A stretch of DNA of 64,000 bases from Betaproteobacteria bacterium. GTDB lineage: Bacteria > Pseudomonadota > Gammaproteobacteria > Burkholderiales > SG8-39. Positions 51,784-60,487 of this stretch are shown piece by piece. Every line of letters begins with the position of its first letter. The stretch's first letter is position 1. The translations under genes were made by a program, and so were the position numbers. Location of the stretch: contig CANIEV010000003.1 in assembly GCA_947466535.1 (NCBI GenBank), forward strand, positions 38 to 64,037. Direction: 5' to 3'. The notes under the pieces are model-generated. The model was not told the origin of the DNA. It did not search any database and saw only the letters and a list, made by a program, of their open reading frames with translations.

Positions 51784-52794
51784 TCAGCTGCGGTTTTCAG
51801 CGGCGATCAGCCTGCTCATCAGGCGCTCCGCCTGCAGGCAGCCGCCGTCGTTCGGAATCGCCACCGGCCGCCAGCCCTCGGGCTTGCAGTCGAGCAGCAT
51901 CTGTTGTTGCTCGAGGATCGACAGATCCTCGAAAAAGGTTTCACGGTTGAGCTTCTGTTGCATCTCGGTGACCGCCTCGTCGCCGAGTGCGAAATTGCGC
52001 ATCAGGCCCCAGAAGTAATGCGTCGAGCGCTCGTTCTCCGGCGTGAGCGCGTTCAGCACCTGGAACTCCGCCGAGAGGTTCTCGCTTCCGCCCACGATAG
52101 AGGTCACGCGCGTGTTGATCACCACATGGCAGGGCGGGGTGAAGTCGATCTGCTGGCGGTGGTCCACCGGGCCGGTGAACCCGCCCATTCGCCTGAAGAA
52201 AGGCGAGGGCTCGATGCCGGGCATCTCGCGCGTCACCCGCACGCCGCGGCCGTGCATCTCGGTGTGGATCGGGTAGTCGGTAACAGCGGAGGTGCCGAGC
52301 GTTTTGCGATGTACGTAGCGCGCGTGGGTCAGGTCGAGCAGGTTGTCACGGACGTAGCAGTAGTTCGCCTTCACCGGCAGATACTCGCTGCGGCCTTCCC
52401 AGCCGGGCTCGTTCAGCCAGTGGTAGTCGGGTAGGCGCGACTCGTCGGCCTGATCCGCCTCGCCCATCCAGACGAATACCCAGCCCCAGCGCTCGATCAC
52501 TGCGTAGCTGCGCACCCTTGCCTGCGGCGGGATCGTGCTCATGCCGGGGATATGGGTGCAGGCGCCCGACGGACCGAAGGCAAAGCCGTGATAGCCGCAG
52601 GTAAGCGATTCCCCGCAGACCTCGCCCGAGGACAAGGGCGCGCCGCGGTGCGGGCAACGGTCCTCGAGGATCACTGCGCGGCCGGACGCGGTGCGAAACA
52701 GCGCAAGCGGTTCGCCGAGCACCCAGCGTTGCAGCGGGCGCTCGCAAAACTCACGGCTGAACCCCGCCACATACCATTCGTTGCGCAGAAACAT
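51784..52794 (-). CDS. VanA/TsaM/DdmC-like Rieske monooxygenase alpha subunit
   Basis: MFLRNEWYVA, CPHR...CGYHG, DNLLDLTHARYVH and EDLSILEQQQ motifs. Confidence 0.9.
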   Translation of the reverse strand: MFLRNEWYVAGFSREFCERPLQRWVLGEPLALFRTASGRAVILEDRCPHRGAPLSSGEVCGESLTCGYHGFAFGPSGACTHIPGMSTIPPQARVRSYAVIERWGWVFVWMGEADQADESRLPDYHWLNEPGWEGRSEYLPVKANYCYVRDNLLDLTHARYVHRKTLGTSAVTDYPIHTEMHGRGVRVTREMPGIEPSPFFRRMGGFTGPVDHRQQIDFTPPCHVVINTRVTSIVGGSENLSAEFQVLNALTPENERSTHYFWGLMRNFALGDEAVTEMQQKLNRETFFEDLSILEQQQMLLDCKPEGWRPVAIPNDGGCLQAERLMSRLIAAENRS

Positions 52795-52894
52795 CGGACT
52801 TTCTCCTCCTTGTCAGCGGCCGGCGTTTGTTCTTTGTGCCGTCAAATCGCTGATCCGCGCGGGATTCTGACAGCCATGCGACGCTTCGCCTAAC

Positions 52895-52911
52895 GTTCCA
52901 CGCTGTGGAAT
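52895..52911. promoter_or_regulatory. Candidate IclR operator 1
   Basis: GTTCCAC-GCT-GTGGAAT, about 100 bp upstream of the VanA-like gene. Confidence 0.7.
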
Positions 52912-52927
52912 ATCAGGAGACCCTGGC

Positions 52928-54505
52928 TTACCAGACACCGATCGTCACCCCACCCGCGGCGGCCGGGCTCGGGCGCTTCGCCACCGCCTCGTCGGTCATG
53001 CCGATGCGGTTGCGCCGTTCGCGCATCCAGTCGAACAGCAGGTGATAGAGCTCGTCGCGCGCCCGGCCGTACACCGCGCCACGGTCGCGGCCGCGATCGG
53101 CGAGTTCGAGCGGGTCTTCCTGCAAGTCGAAGAGCTGTGGCGGGAAATCGCGGCCGAAGTGCACGAGTTTCCAGCGCTCGGTGCAGGACATCACCATGCG
53201 CGCTTCGCGCGGCTGCAGACCGAGCTTGCGCGCGGTGGGGTAGATCGCGAAATCCAGCTCCGCGAACGCCGCTTCGCGCACCTTGTCCGCGGTGCCGTGC
53301 AGCAGCGGCAGGATCGAACGGCCCTCGATGATGTGGGTGGGAATCTTCAGGCCGAGCGCGTCCATGAAGGTCGGCACCATGTCCACCGCCTCCACCAGCG
53401 CATTGCACACCGCGCCGCGCTTCGCCTCGGGGCTGGGGTCCACCACGATCAGCGGCACCCGCACGCCCTGTTCGTACATGAACTCCTTCTCGCCCTGCCA
53501 GTGGTCGCCCTGGTAGTCGCCGTGGTCGGCGGTGAACACGATCATCGTGTCCGCAAGCCGGCCGGCTTTCTCGAGAAAGCTCATCACCCGCCCGAGGTGA
53601 TCGTCGATCTGCTTGACCATGCCCATGTAGGCGGGCTGCATGTTCAGGCGCACCTCGTCCTTGGAGAAGGACACCGATTCGGGGTGCTCCTGGAAGCCGA
53701 GGAAGATCGGGTTTGCGTCATCGCTTCGTTCCGCTTCCGAGCGCACCGGCGGCAGCGCGTCCTCGCGGCCGTACATGTCGTGGTACGGCGCGGAGGCGAT
53801 GTACGGCCAGTGCGGCTTGATGAAGGACATGTGCAGGCACCAGGGCTTCTCGCCCTGTTCGGTGATGAACTCGATCGCCCGCTTGGCGGTGTAGGCGGTC
53901 TCGGAGAATTCCTCCGGCAGGCGCGCCGGGCGGTGCGAATTGCGGATCAGCCAGCCGCTGGCGAGTTCGCCCTTTTCGTCCACGCCGGAGTTCGCCCATT
54001 CGTGCCACGGGTTCTTGCCGGCAAAGCCGTTGGCGCGCAGGTACTCGTTGTAGGCGAGGTCGTGTGGCGTGTTGTGGTCGGGATGGATGCCGTCGTCACG
54101 CCAGACTTCCTCGAAGCCGCCAGTGGCGATGAGTTTTCCCACGCCTTCGGTGGGCGACAGGCCGAGCCACTTCATGCCGTCCACATCGGGCTCGTGGTGC
54201 GTCTTGCCCACCACCGCCGTGCGCACCCCGGCGGGCCGCAGGTAATCGCCGAGGGTGCGTTCGCCCACCGGCAGCGGCACGAAGTTCCAGGTGGCGCCAT
54301 GCGAGAGCGTGTAGCGCCCGGTGTAGTAGGACATGCGCGACGGGCCGCACACCGGTGCCTGGACGTAGGCGCGGGTGAAGCGGGTTCCGCGCGCCGCCAG
54401 CGCGTCGATCGCGGGCGTGGACAGGCGCTTGTGGCCGTAGCAGGACAGGTGGTCCGCGCGAAGCTGGTCGCACATGATGAAGAGGATGTTCTTAACCTTG
54501 GACAT
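52928..54505 (-). CDS. Formylglycine-type sulfatase / phosphonate monoester hydrolase-like enzyme
   Basis: ILFIMCDQLRAD, CGPSR (CxPxR), TGRY, VGKTH, KPHWP and ADHGD; no signal peptide. Confidence 0.88.
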   Translation of the reverse strand: MSKVKNILFIMCDQLRADHLSCYGHKRLSTPAIDALAARGTRFTRAYVQAPVCGPSRMSYYTGRYTLSHGATWNFVPLPVGERTLGDYLRPAGVRTAVVGKTHHEPDVDGMKWLGLSPTEGVGKLIATGGFEEVWRDDGIHPDHNTPHDLAYNEYLRANGFAGKNPWHEWANSGVDEKGELASGWLIRNSHRPARLPEEFSETAYTAKRAIEFITEQGEKPWCLHMSFIKPHWPYIASAPYHDMYGREDALPPVRSEAERSDDANPIFLGFQEHPESVSFSKDEVRLNMQPAYMGMVKQIDDHLGRVMSFLEKAGRLADTMIVFTADHGDYQGDHWQGEKEFMYEQGVRVPLIVVDPSPEAKRGAVCNALVEAVDMVPTFMDALGLKIPTHIIEGRSILPLLHGTADKVREAAFAELDFAIYPTARKLGLQPREARMVMSCTERWKLVHFGRDFPPQLFDLQEDPLELADRGRDRGAVYGRARDELYHLLFDWMRERRNRIGMTDEAVAKRPSPAAAGGVTIGVW

Positions 54506-54613
54506 GAAGACTCGCTCGTCGTGGGGAATTGCCGAAGCGGTCAAAAGACAAGACCGCGGACCGCGCGTGATTCTGCGGCGCATGATCGCATGCGCGATCG
54601 ATGCGATCATAGC

Positions 54614-54630
54614 GTTCCACACCGCGAAAC
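54614..54630. promoter_or_regulatory. Candidate IclR operator 2
   Basis: GTTCCAC-ACC-GCGAAAC between the divergent sulfatase and iclR genes. Confidence 0.65.
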
Positions 54631-54645
54631 TCTTACTGCCACCGG

Positions 54646-55488
54646 ATGAAGCCGATACGAGTCCTGCAGCGCGCCGCCGAATTGCTTCGCGCGCTCGAGG
54701 CGCGGCCGGGCAGTTCGCTCGCCGAGCTGCATGCCGACACGCGCATCCCCAAGCCGACGCTGCTGCGCCTGCTCGGCACGCTCGAGGCCGAGCGCATGGT
54801 CTGGCGCGCGATGGCCGACGGCCGCTACCGCGCGCGCGTATCGCTCGAGCGGCCGGTGCTCGCCGACCACAAACACCTGCGGCTCGCCGAGCGTGCAGCT
54901 AGCCATCTCACCGTGCTGCGTCGCCGCGTGGTCTGGCCCTCGGACCTGACGGTGCGCCAGGGCTTCTACATGAAGCTGATCGAAACCAGCCGGCGCGAGA
55001 GTTCGCTCGGGATGCACCGCGATTCGATCGGCTTTCGCATCGACATGATCGTCTCGGCGGTGGGGCGGGCGTATCTCGCGTTCTGCCCGGAACCGGAGCG
55101 CGAGCGCATCCTCGCGCACCTTCGCAAGCACCCCGGCCGCTATCCGAACGGCGACATGCTCGATGCGCGCGCGATCGAGCGCGTGCTCGCGCAGACGCGC
55201 GAACGCGGCTACGGCGTGCGCGACCCGCGCTTCGGCGGCCTCGGCTGGATGAGCGAGGAAGACGACGACCGTCTTGCCGCGATTGCGGTGCCGGTGATGT
55301 CGGGCGATGCGGTGCTTGCCTGCATCAACATCGTCTGGCCGCGTCGCTTCAACACCGAGGCGGAAACCGCGCGCCGCTACCTTGCGGTGCTGCAGCGGAC
55401 CGCGGCCGATATCGCCGCGGCTGCGTCGGATGCGCCCGCGATGCCCGCCCGTCGCCGGTCCCGCAGGGTGGCAACCGCCACGCGCTGA
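54646..55488 (+). CDS. IclR family regulator (MhpR-like)
   Basis: HTH IPKPTLLRLLGTL, WPSDL, SAVGRAYLA and AIAVPV. Confidence 0.9.
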   Translation: MKPIRVLQRAAELLRALEARPGSSLAELHADTRIPKPTLLRLLGTLEAERMVWRAMADGRYRARVSLERPVLADHKHLRLAERAASHLTVLRRRVVWPSDLTVRQGFYMKLIETSRRESSLGMHRDSIGFRIDMIVSAVGRAYLAFCPEPERERILAHLRKHPGRYPNGDMLDARAIERVLAQTRERGYGVRDPRFGGLGWMSEEDDDRLAAIAVPVMSGDAVLACINIVWPRRFNTEAETARRYLAVLQRTAADIAAAASDAPAMPARRRSRRVATATR

Positions 55489-55515
55489 TCGTGTCGCGCC
55501 TACGAAGCGCGCTTC

Positions 55516-55532
55516 ATTCCACCGGGCGAAAC
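55516..55532. promoter_or_regulatory. Candidate IclR operator 3
   Basis: ATTCCAC-CGG-GCGAAAC, about 120 bp upstream of the monooxygenase gene. Confidence 0.65.
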
Positions 55533-55649
55533 GCGGACACGCGTGCCGCTGGCGCCGCAAAGACCGCGTGCTAGCCTGCCTCCCCACAAGGACATCGCGG
55601 CCTGCGCATGGCGTGACGATGCGGGCAAGGCAAGCACGGAGGAGGGGAG

Positions 55650-57428
55650 ATGAAACATATCGAGGTGCCGGTACTTATCTGCGGCGGAGGCGGTTGCGGC
55701 CTCGGCCTGTCGATTCTTCTCGCGGACTACGGGGTGAAGAGCCTTGCGGTCGAACGCAACGCCGAGACCACCGACCATCCGCGCGCGCACATCCTCAACA
55801 CCCGTACGCTTGAGATCTTTCGCCAGCACGGCCTGGCGGATGAGGTGTATCGCCAGGGCACGCCGACTTCGGGCATGGAGCGGATCTCGTTTCGCACCTC
55901 GCTCGGTGGCGACGGCCCGCTCGACCGGCGGCTGATCGGCAACCTCGACGGCTACGGCGGCGGATCTCTCCATGAACGTTACGAGGCCGACAGTGCCTGC
56001 CGCGCCACCAACCTGCCGCTGATGCAGCTGGAACCCTTGCTTCGCGAGGTGGCGGAACAGCGTGCGCCGGGCAGCACGCGTTTTCACCACGAACTTGTGT
56101 CGTTCGAGCAGGATGAGGGAGGAGAGAACGGCGGCGGCGTCACCTCGCGCATCCAGGACCACGATTCGGGCGAGGAGTACACGGTGCGCTCGCGCTACCT
56201 GATCGGCGCCGACGGTGGCAAGACCGTGGGTCGCGCACTCGGTGCCGAGATGGAAGGCCCGCGCAACCTTCGCAAGATGGTGAACACCTATTTCGCGGGT
56301 GATCTTTCGCCCTGGATCGACGACGACGGCGTGCTGATTTTCTACTTCATCAATCCCGACGGCCGCGGCCAGTGGGCGGGTGGCGGCCTGGTGAAGACGG
56401 GCCCGACGCGCTGGGACCGCCATTCCGAGTCCTGGGTGTTCATGCGCGAACTCGGCGCCGACGATCCGGACGAGATTGACGAGACCAATGTGGTGACGCG
56501 CATGCGCGAGCTGCTTCGCCTGCCCGAGAGCTTCAGGCCCGAGGTGCGCAAGATCGGCCGCTGGGATGTGCAGGGCGTGGTGGCGAAGAAATACCGCTTC
56601 GGGCGGGTGCTGCTCGCGGGCGACGCGGCGCATCGCCATCCGCCGGTGAGCGCGCTCGGGCTCAACACAGCGTTCGGCGATGCGCACAATCTCGCCTGGA
56701 AGTTGTCCCTCGTGCTTGCCGGCCGCGCACCGGATGCGCTGCTCGACAGCTACGAGTCGGAACGCCAGCCGGTGGGTGCGCGCGTGGCGGAATGGGCGCT
56801 GCACGGCTTTCGCATGCGCAGCCTGATCGACCAGTCGATCGGCCTCGCGCCGGGGCAGACCGACGCCAACCGCAAGGCCTTCGAGCGGCTGTATTCGGAT
56901 ACACCAGGCGGCGCCACCGCGCGCGCAATCCTTGCGGAGGCGATGAACATCCAGCGCATCGGTCCGCAGGCGCATGACATGGAAATCGGCTACGCCTACG
57001 AACAGGGCGCGCTCGTGCCCGACGGTACGTTGCTGCCGCCGCGCGATCCGATGGCGGGCATCTACCACCCGGTGACGCGGCCCGGCAGCCGCCTGCCGCA
57101 CGCGGTACTCGCGCGCGAGGGCAAGAGTATCGGCACGCACGACCTCGTTCGCCCCGGGCGCTGGACGCTGTTCTGCAATCTCGGCAGCTGGCGCAGCGCG
57201 GCGCGCGCGGCCGCCAAGAAGACCGGCATCGAAATCGATGTCGCGGTGATCGGTGCGCGCGGTGACTATCAGGACATCGAGGGCAACTGGAAGCGACTGT
57301 GCCAGATCAGCGGCGGCGGCGCGGTGCTGGTGCGCCCCGACACCCACGTCGCCTGGCGCAGCAAGGACGCGCCTGCAAAGCCGGCGGAGGCGCTTGCGGA
57401 TGCGATCCGTGCTGCGCTCAGACTCTAA
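55650..57428 (+). CDS. FAD-dependent aromatic monooxygenase (TfdB/phenol hydroxylase-like)
   Basis: GGGGCG, IGADG, GDAAHRHPP...GLNT...NLAWKL, RPGSRLPH and LVRPD motifs. Confidence 0.9.
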   Translation: MKHIEVPVLICGGGGCGLGLSILLADYGVKSLAVERNAETTDHPRAHILNTRTLEIFRQHGLADEVYRQGTPTSGMERISFRTSLGGDGPLDRRLIGNLDGYGGGSLHERYEADSACRATNLPLMQLEPLLREVAEQRAPGSTRFHHELVSFEQDEGGENGGGVTSRIQDHDSGEEYTVRSRYLIGADGGKTVGRALGAEMEGPRNLRKMVNTYFAGDLSPWIDDDGVLIFYFINPDGRGQWAGGGLVKTGPTRWDRHSESWVFMRELGADDPDEIDETNVVTRMRELLRLPESFRPEVRKIGRWDVQGVVAKKYRFGRVLLAGDAAHRHPPVSALGLNTAFGDAHNLAWKLSLVLAGRAPDALLDSYESERQPVGARVAEWALHGFRMRSLIDQSIGLAPGQTDANRKAFERLYSDTPGGATARAILAEAMNIQRIGPQAHDMEIGYAYEQGALVPDGTLLPPRDPMAGIYHPVTRPGSRLPHAVLAREGKSIGTHDLVRPGRWTLFCNLGSWRSAARAAAKKTGIEIDVAVIGARGDYQDIEGNWKRLCQISGGGAVLVRPDTHVAWRSKDAPAKPAEALADAIRAALRL

Positions 57429-57442
57429 TCCGCGCGTGATGA

Positions 57443-57518
57443 ATTGCTAAATTTCGCAATCTAATTTGCCACTTCGCCTCGCCCCTGTTTGATATAAAAA
57501 TGGCAAAGTGCGCAATTT
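57443..57518 (+). repeat. 76-bp degenerate direct repeat, copy 2
   Basis: ATTGCTAAATTTCGCAAT...GCCACTTCG...AAAGTGCGCAATTT; matches 49449-49524. Confidence 0.75.
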
Positions 57519-57559
57519 TCGCTGACCCATCGCTGTGCAGGGCGACTGATTCGTCTTGC

Positions 57560-57985
57560 TCAGGTCTTCTTCGACGGATCCGGCGGGTTGCGGAAAATCC
57601 CGGTCGCGGTGAGCAGCACACGGTCGCCCGCCATGATGCGGCCGGAGACGAACGACAGTGTGCGCGTGGTCTTGTCCACCTGCGCTTCGCCGTGGATCCA
57701 CTCGCCGTCGCGCGCCGCGGCAATCATGTTGCAGGAGAGCTGCACCGTCGCCACCACGCCCTCGTGGCCGAGCACCCGCGCGGCGGTGGCGCCGAGGGTC
57801 ACGTCCATCAGGCTCATCAGCATGCCGCCGTGGGTGGTGCCGATCGGATTGAGCTGGTGTTTTTCGAGGCGCACGCCGAGCTGCACGCTTTTCTCCAGCA
57901 CGCGGTGATAGATCGGACCGATATGGTCCATGTAGGACTTACCTTCGTCGCGGGCGGTGAAGCCTTCGGGGATGTTGGATGACAT
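57560..57985 (-). CDS. PaaI family thioesterase
   Basis: NPIGTTHGGMLMSLMD hotdog-fold motif. Confidence 0.9.
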   Translation of the reverse strand: MSSNIPEGFTARDEGKSYMDHIGPIYHRVLEKSVQLGVRLEKHQLNPIGTTHGGMLMSLMDVTLGATAARVLGHEGVVATVQLSCNMIAAARDGEWIHGEAQVDKTTRTLSFVSGRIMAGDRVLLTATGIFRNPPDPSKKT

Positions 57986-58028
57986 GTCGGGTTCTCGCTT
58001 CGTAGATCGGGTGTTAGAAAATTCTTTC

Positions 58029-58203
58029 ACCGCCAAGGCGCCAAGACTGCCAAGGACGCCAAGAAAGGCACTATTCACTTAACCAAAGCTCGCTCGATGC
58101 GAGCGTTGCCGGGGCGGGAGGGGTAACGGGGAGGGAGGGCTCTCCCTCCCTCCCTGTTCCGAAGCCTTCCGTTTTTGGTTTTGCTTCTTGGCGCCTTGGC
58201 GGT
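58029..58203. repeat. MITE-like element with 18-bp terminal inverted repeats and internal hairpins
   Basis: ACCGCCAAGGCGCCAAGA (58029-58046) pairs with TCTTGGCGCCTTGGCGGT (58186-58203); internal GGGAGGGAGGG-ctct-CCCTCCCTCCC. Confidence 0.7.
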
Positions 58204-58213
58204 TAGCGCTGCT

Positions 58214-58672
58214 TCAGTGATAGGCCATCATGATGTAATCCGCCACCATCGCCGGTCGCTCGCTACCGTCGATTTCCATGGTGCAGCCGCAGACCATTCG
58301 CACCGCGCCCGCTTTCTGTTCTTCCAGTTCCTTGAGCGTGAGCTTCAGCCGCACGCGCTCGCCCGCCTTCACCGCGTTGGTGAAGCGCAGTTTGTCCACG
58401 CCGTAGTTAAGCCAGCGCTTGGCGCCCTTGACCTCGTAGATCTCCTCGAGCAGAGCGTTCACCAGCGACAGCGTGAAGAACCCGTGGGCGATGATGCCGC
58501 CGTAGGGCGTCTCGCGTTTCGCGCGCTCGACATCCGAATGCACCCAGTGGGTGTTGCGGGTGATGCGGCCGAAATCGATTATCATGGATTCGGTGATCTC
58601 GACCCATTGGCTGGTGCCAAGCTCTTTTCCGATATACGGCGCGAGGTCCTTCGTGTGTTCGACGACGATCAT
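58214..58672 (-). CDS. MaoC family dehydratase
   Basis: HWVHSD, GIIAHGFFTLSL and NYGVDKLRF motifs. Confidence 0.9.
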   Translation of the reverse strand: MIVVEHTKDLAPYIGKELGTSQWVEITESMIIDFGRITRNTHWVHSDVERAKRETPYGGIIAHGFFTLSLVNALLEEIYEVKGAKRWLNYGVDKLRFTNAVKAGERVRLKLTLKELEEQKAGAVRMVCGCTMEIDGSERPAMVADYIMMAYH

Positions 58673-60477
58673 GCCTTGCTTCCTTTGAGTGTGATGACTG
58701 ATAGTGTGATGATCTGCGGATCCGCCGGTTCGGCGTACAGCGCGTCGATCTCTGAGGCGCGGCGATCGCGCGCGACGGCCTGCACGAGATACGCCTTCTC
58801 GTTGATCTCGCCCGCGTCCATCGAGGGGGGGCTCGCGGCAATCGCAAGCCGTTCGATACGCAGGCTGCTCGCGGATTGTCCCGCATCCAGCCGTGCAAGG
58901 GCGGCGCGAAGACGCGTGCGTAGCGCCTCAGTGTCGAGGCTTTTCGCCATCACCGGGTCGAGCCAGACGAGCGCCGCGGAATACGGCCGATTGGGCGCGA
59001 GGATCAGCGCCTCCGCGATCAGTCCGTCGGCGGCGGCGAGCAGCGCAACGCGCAGCGGCCCGACGCTCACCCAGGTCCCGGTGGCGAGTTTGAAGTCCTC
59101 CGCGATGCGGCCGTCGAACACCAGGCCCTTGTTCGGATCGTCCGGGTCGGCGAGGCGTCCGGCGTCGCCGGTGCAGTAGAAGCCTTCCTCGTCGAAGGCA
59201 AGCCTCGTTGCCTCCGGGTTGCCGAGATACCCGGTGGTGACGCTCGGGCTTTTGAACCGAAGCTCGTACTTGCCCGCCACCGGCGCGAGCTTGAGTTCGC
59301 CGCCGGGCACTGGCGTGCCGATGTTGCCCGGGCCATCGAGCAGGGCGTGGATCAGGGTCGCGGTCGGCCCGGTTTCGGTTGCGCCCCAGCCGCAGGTAAT
59401 CGGGATCGGTGAGCCGCGCTGCGCCACGGCGAGCCGCTGCAGGCGCTCCCAGGTGTCGCCGCTGATCGCAGCACCCGCATAGAAGATCGCATCCAGCCTC
59501 GAGAAGAAATGCGTGCAGAGCGTGCGGTCGTTTTCCAGGTGCGAGAGCAGGCCGGCAAAACCCGCGGGCACGTTGAAATACAGCGTTGGCGCGATCTCGC
59601 GCAGATTGGCAAGCGTCTGTTCCAGGCCGCCGGGCCGCGGCGAGCCGGCGTCGATATGCATCGTGCCGCCACGCGCAAGCGTGGTGTTGATGTTGTTGTT
59701 GGCGCCGAACACGTGCGTCCAGGGCAGCCAGTCGATCAGCACCGGATTGCGCTCGTTCAGAAACGGCCAGAGCTCGAGCGTCATCTGCAGGTTGCTGGTC
59801 ATCATGCGGTGGGTATAGACCACCGCCTTCGGCTGTCCGGTGGAGCCGGAGGTGAACAGGATTTTCGCGGGCGTCGCGCCTGTGATCGTAGGCAGACGGG
59901 CGGTCGCGGCTTTCGATGCGAACAATTCCTGCGCGGAAACCACGGGCACGCCGCGCGCCGCCAGCATCGCGAGTGCGTCCTCATACTTCGTGGCATCGTC
60001 CACCAGCACCGCCGAGGGATTCACCAGATCCGCGATTTTCGCGATCTTCGCGTGGCCGGCCGGCGAGAGCGCGTACTGCGGTGTCACCGGCGCGACCGGG
60101 ATGGCGGCTGCCATCGCGCCGAACAGGAAGCGCGCATGCGCAAGCCCGTTGGGCGCGAGGATGAGCAAGGGCCGGGTGGACGAGTGGCCGCGCGCGAGCA
60201 GACCGGCGCCGGTCGCCTGCGCATCGCGCCACGCATCGGCGTAGCGCCAGTGCCGCCATTGGCCCGAGGCGTCACGTTCTGCCATGAAGGGGCGATCGGG
60301 CGCCTCGTCCGCCCAGCGCGCCATCCACACCAGCAGGTGTTCGTCGGGCGGGGAGAGGGCCTTGCGCGAGCGCAACAGCACCGAGCCGTCGGCCCGGCGC
60401 TGCATCTCGATATCGGGCGGCGCAAAAAGCGGCATGAGCGGCGGCACCGCCTGCGCCCCGGAGTGCGGGGCGTTCAC
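58669..60477 (-). CDS. Feruloyl-CoA synthetase-like acyl-CoA ligase
   Basis: LFTSGSTGQPKAV, DWLPWTH, WGATET and DGRIAEDFKLATGTWV motifs. Confidence 0.85.
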   Translation of the reverse strand: MNAPHSGAQAVPPLMPLFAPPDIEMQRRADGSVLLRSRKALSPPDEHLLVWMARWADEAPDRPFMAERDASGQWRHWRYADAWRDAQATGAGLLARGHSSTRPLLILAPNGLAHARFLFGAMAAAIPVAPVTPQYALSPAGHAKIAKIADLVNPSAVLVDDATKYEDALAMLAARGVPVVSAQELFASKAATARLPTITGATPAKILFTSGSTGQPKAVVYTHRMMTSNLQMTLELWPFLNERNPVLIDWLPWTHVFGANNNINTTLARGGTMHIDAGSPRPGGLEQTLANLREIAPTLYFNVPAGFAGLLSHLENDRTLCTHFFSRLDAIFYAGAAISGDTWERLQRLAVAQRGSPIPITCGWGATETGPTATLIHALLDGPGNIGTPVPGGELKLAPVAGKYELRFKSPSVTTGYLGNPEATRLAFDEEGFYCTGDAGRLADPDDPNKGLVFDGRIAEDFKLATGTWVSVGPLRVALLAAADGLIAEALILAPNRPYSAALVWLDPVMAKSLDTEALRTRLRAALARLDAGQSASSLRIERLAIAASPPSMDAGEINEKAYLVQAVARDRRASEIDALYAEPADPQIITLSVITLKGSKA

Positions 60478-60487
60478 GGCACCCCGC

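Noticed and set aside
52895-52911. parS-like sequence GTTCCACGCTGTGGAAT
   Set aside because: It has a 3-bp insertion at the dyad centre and fits the three-copy IclR motif better.
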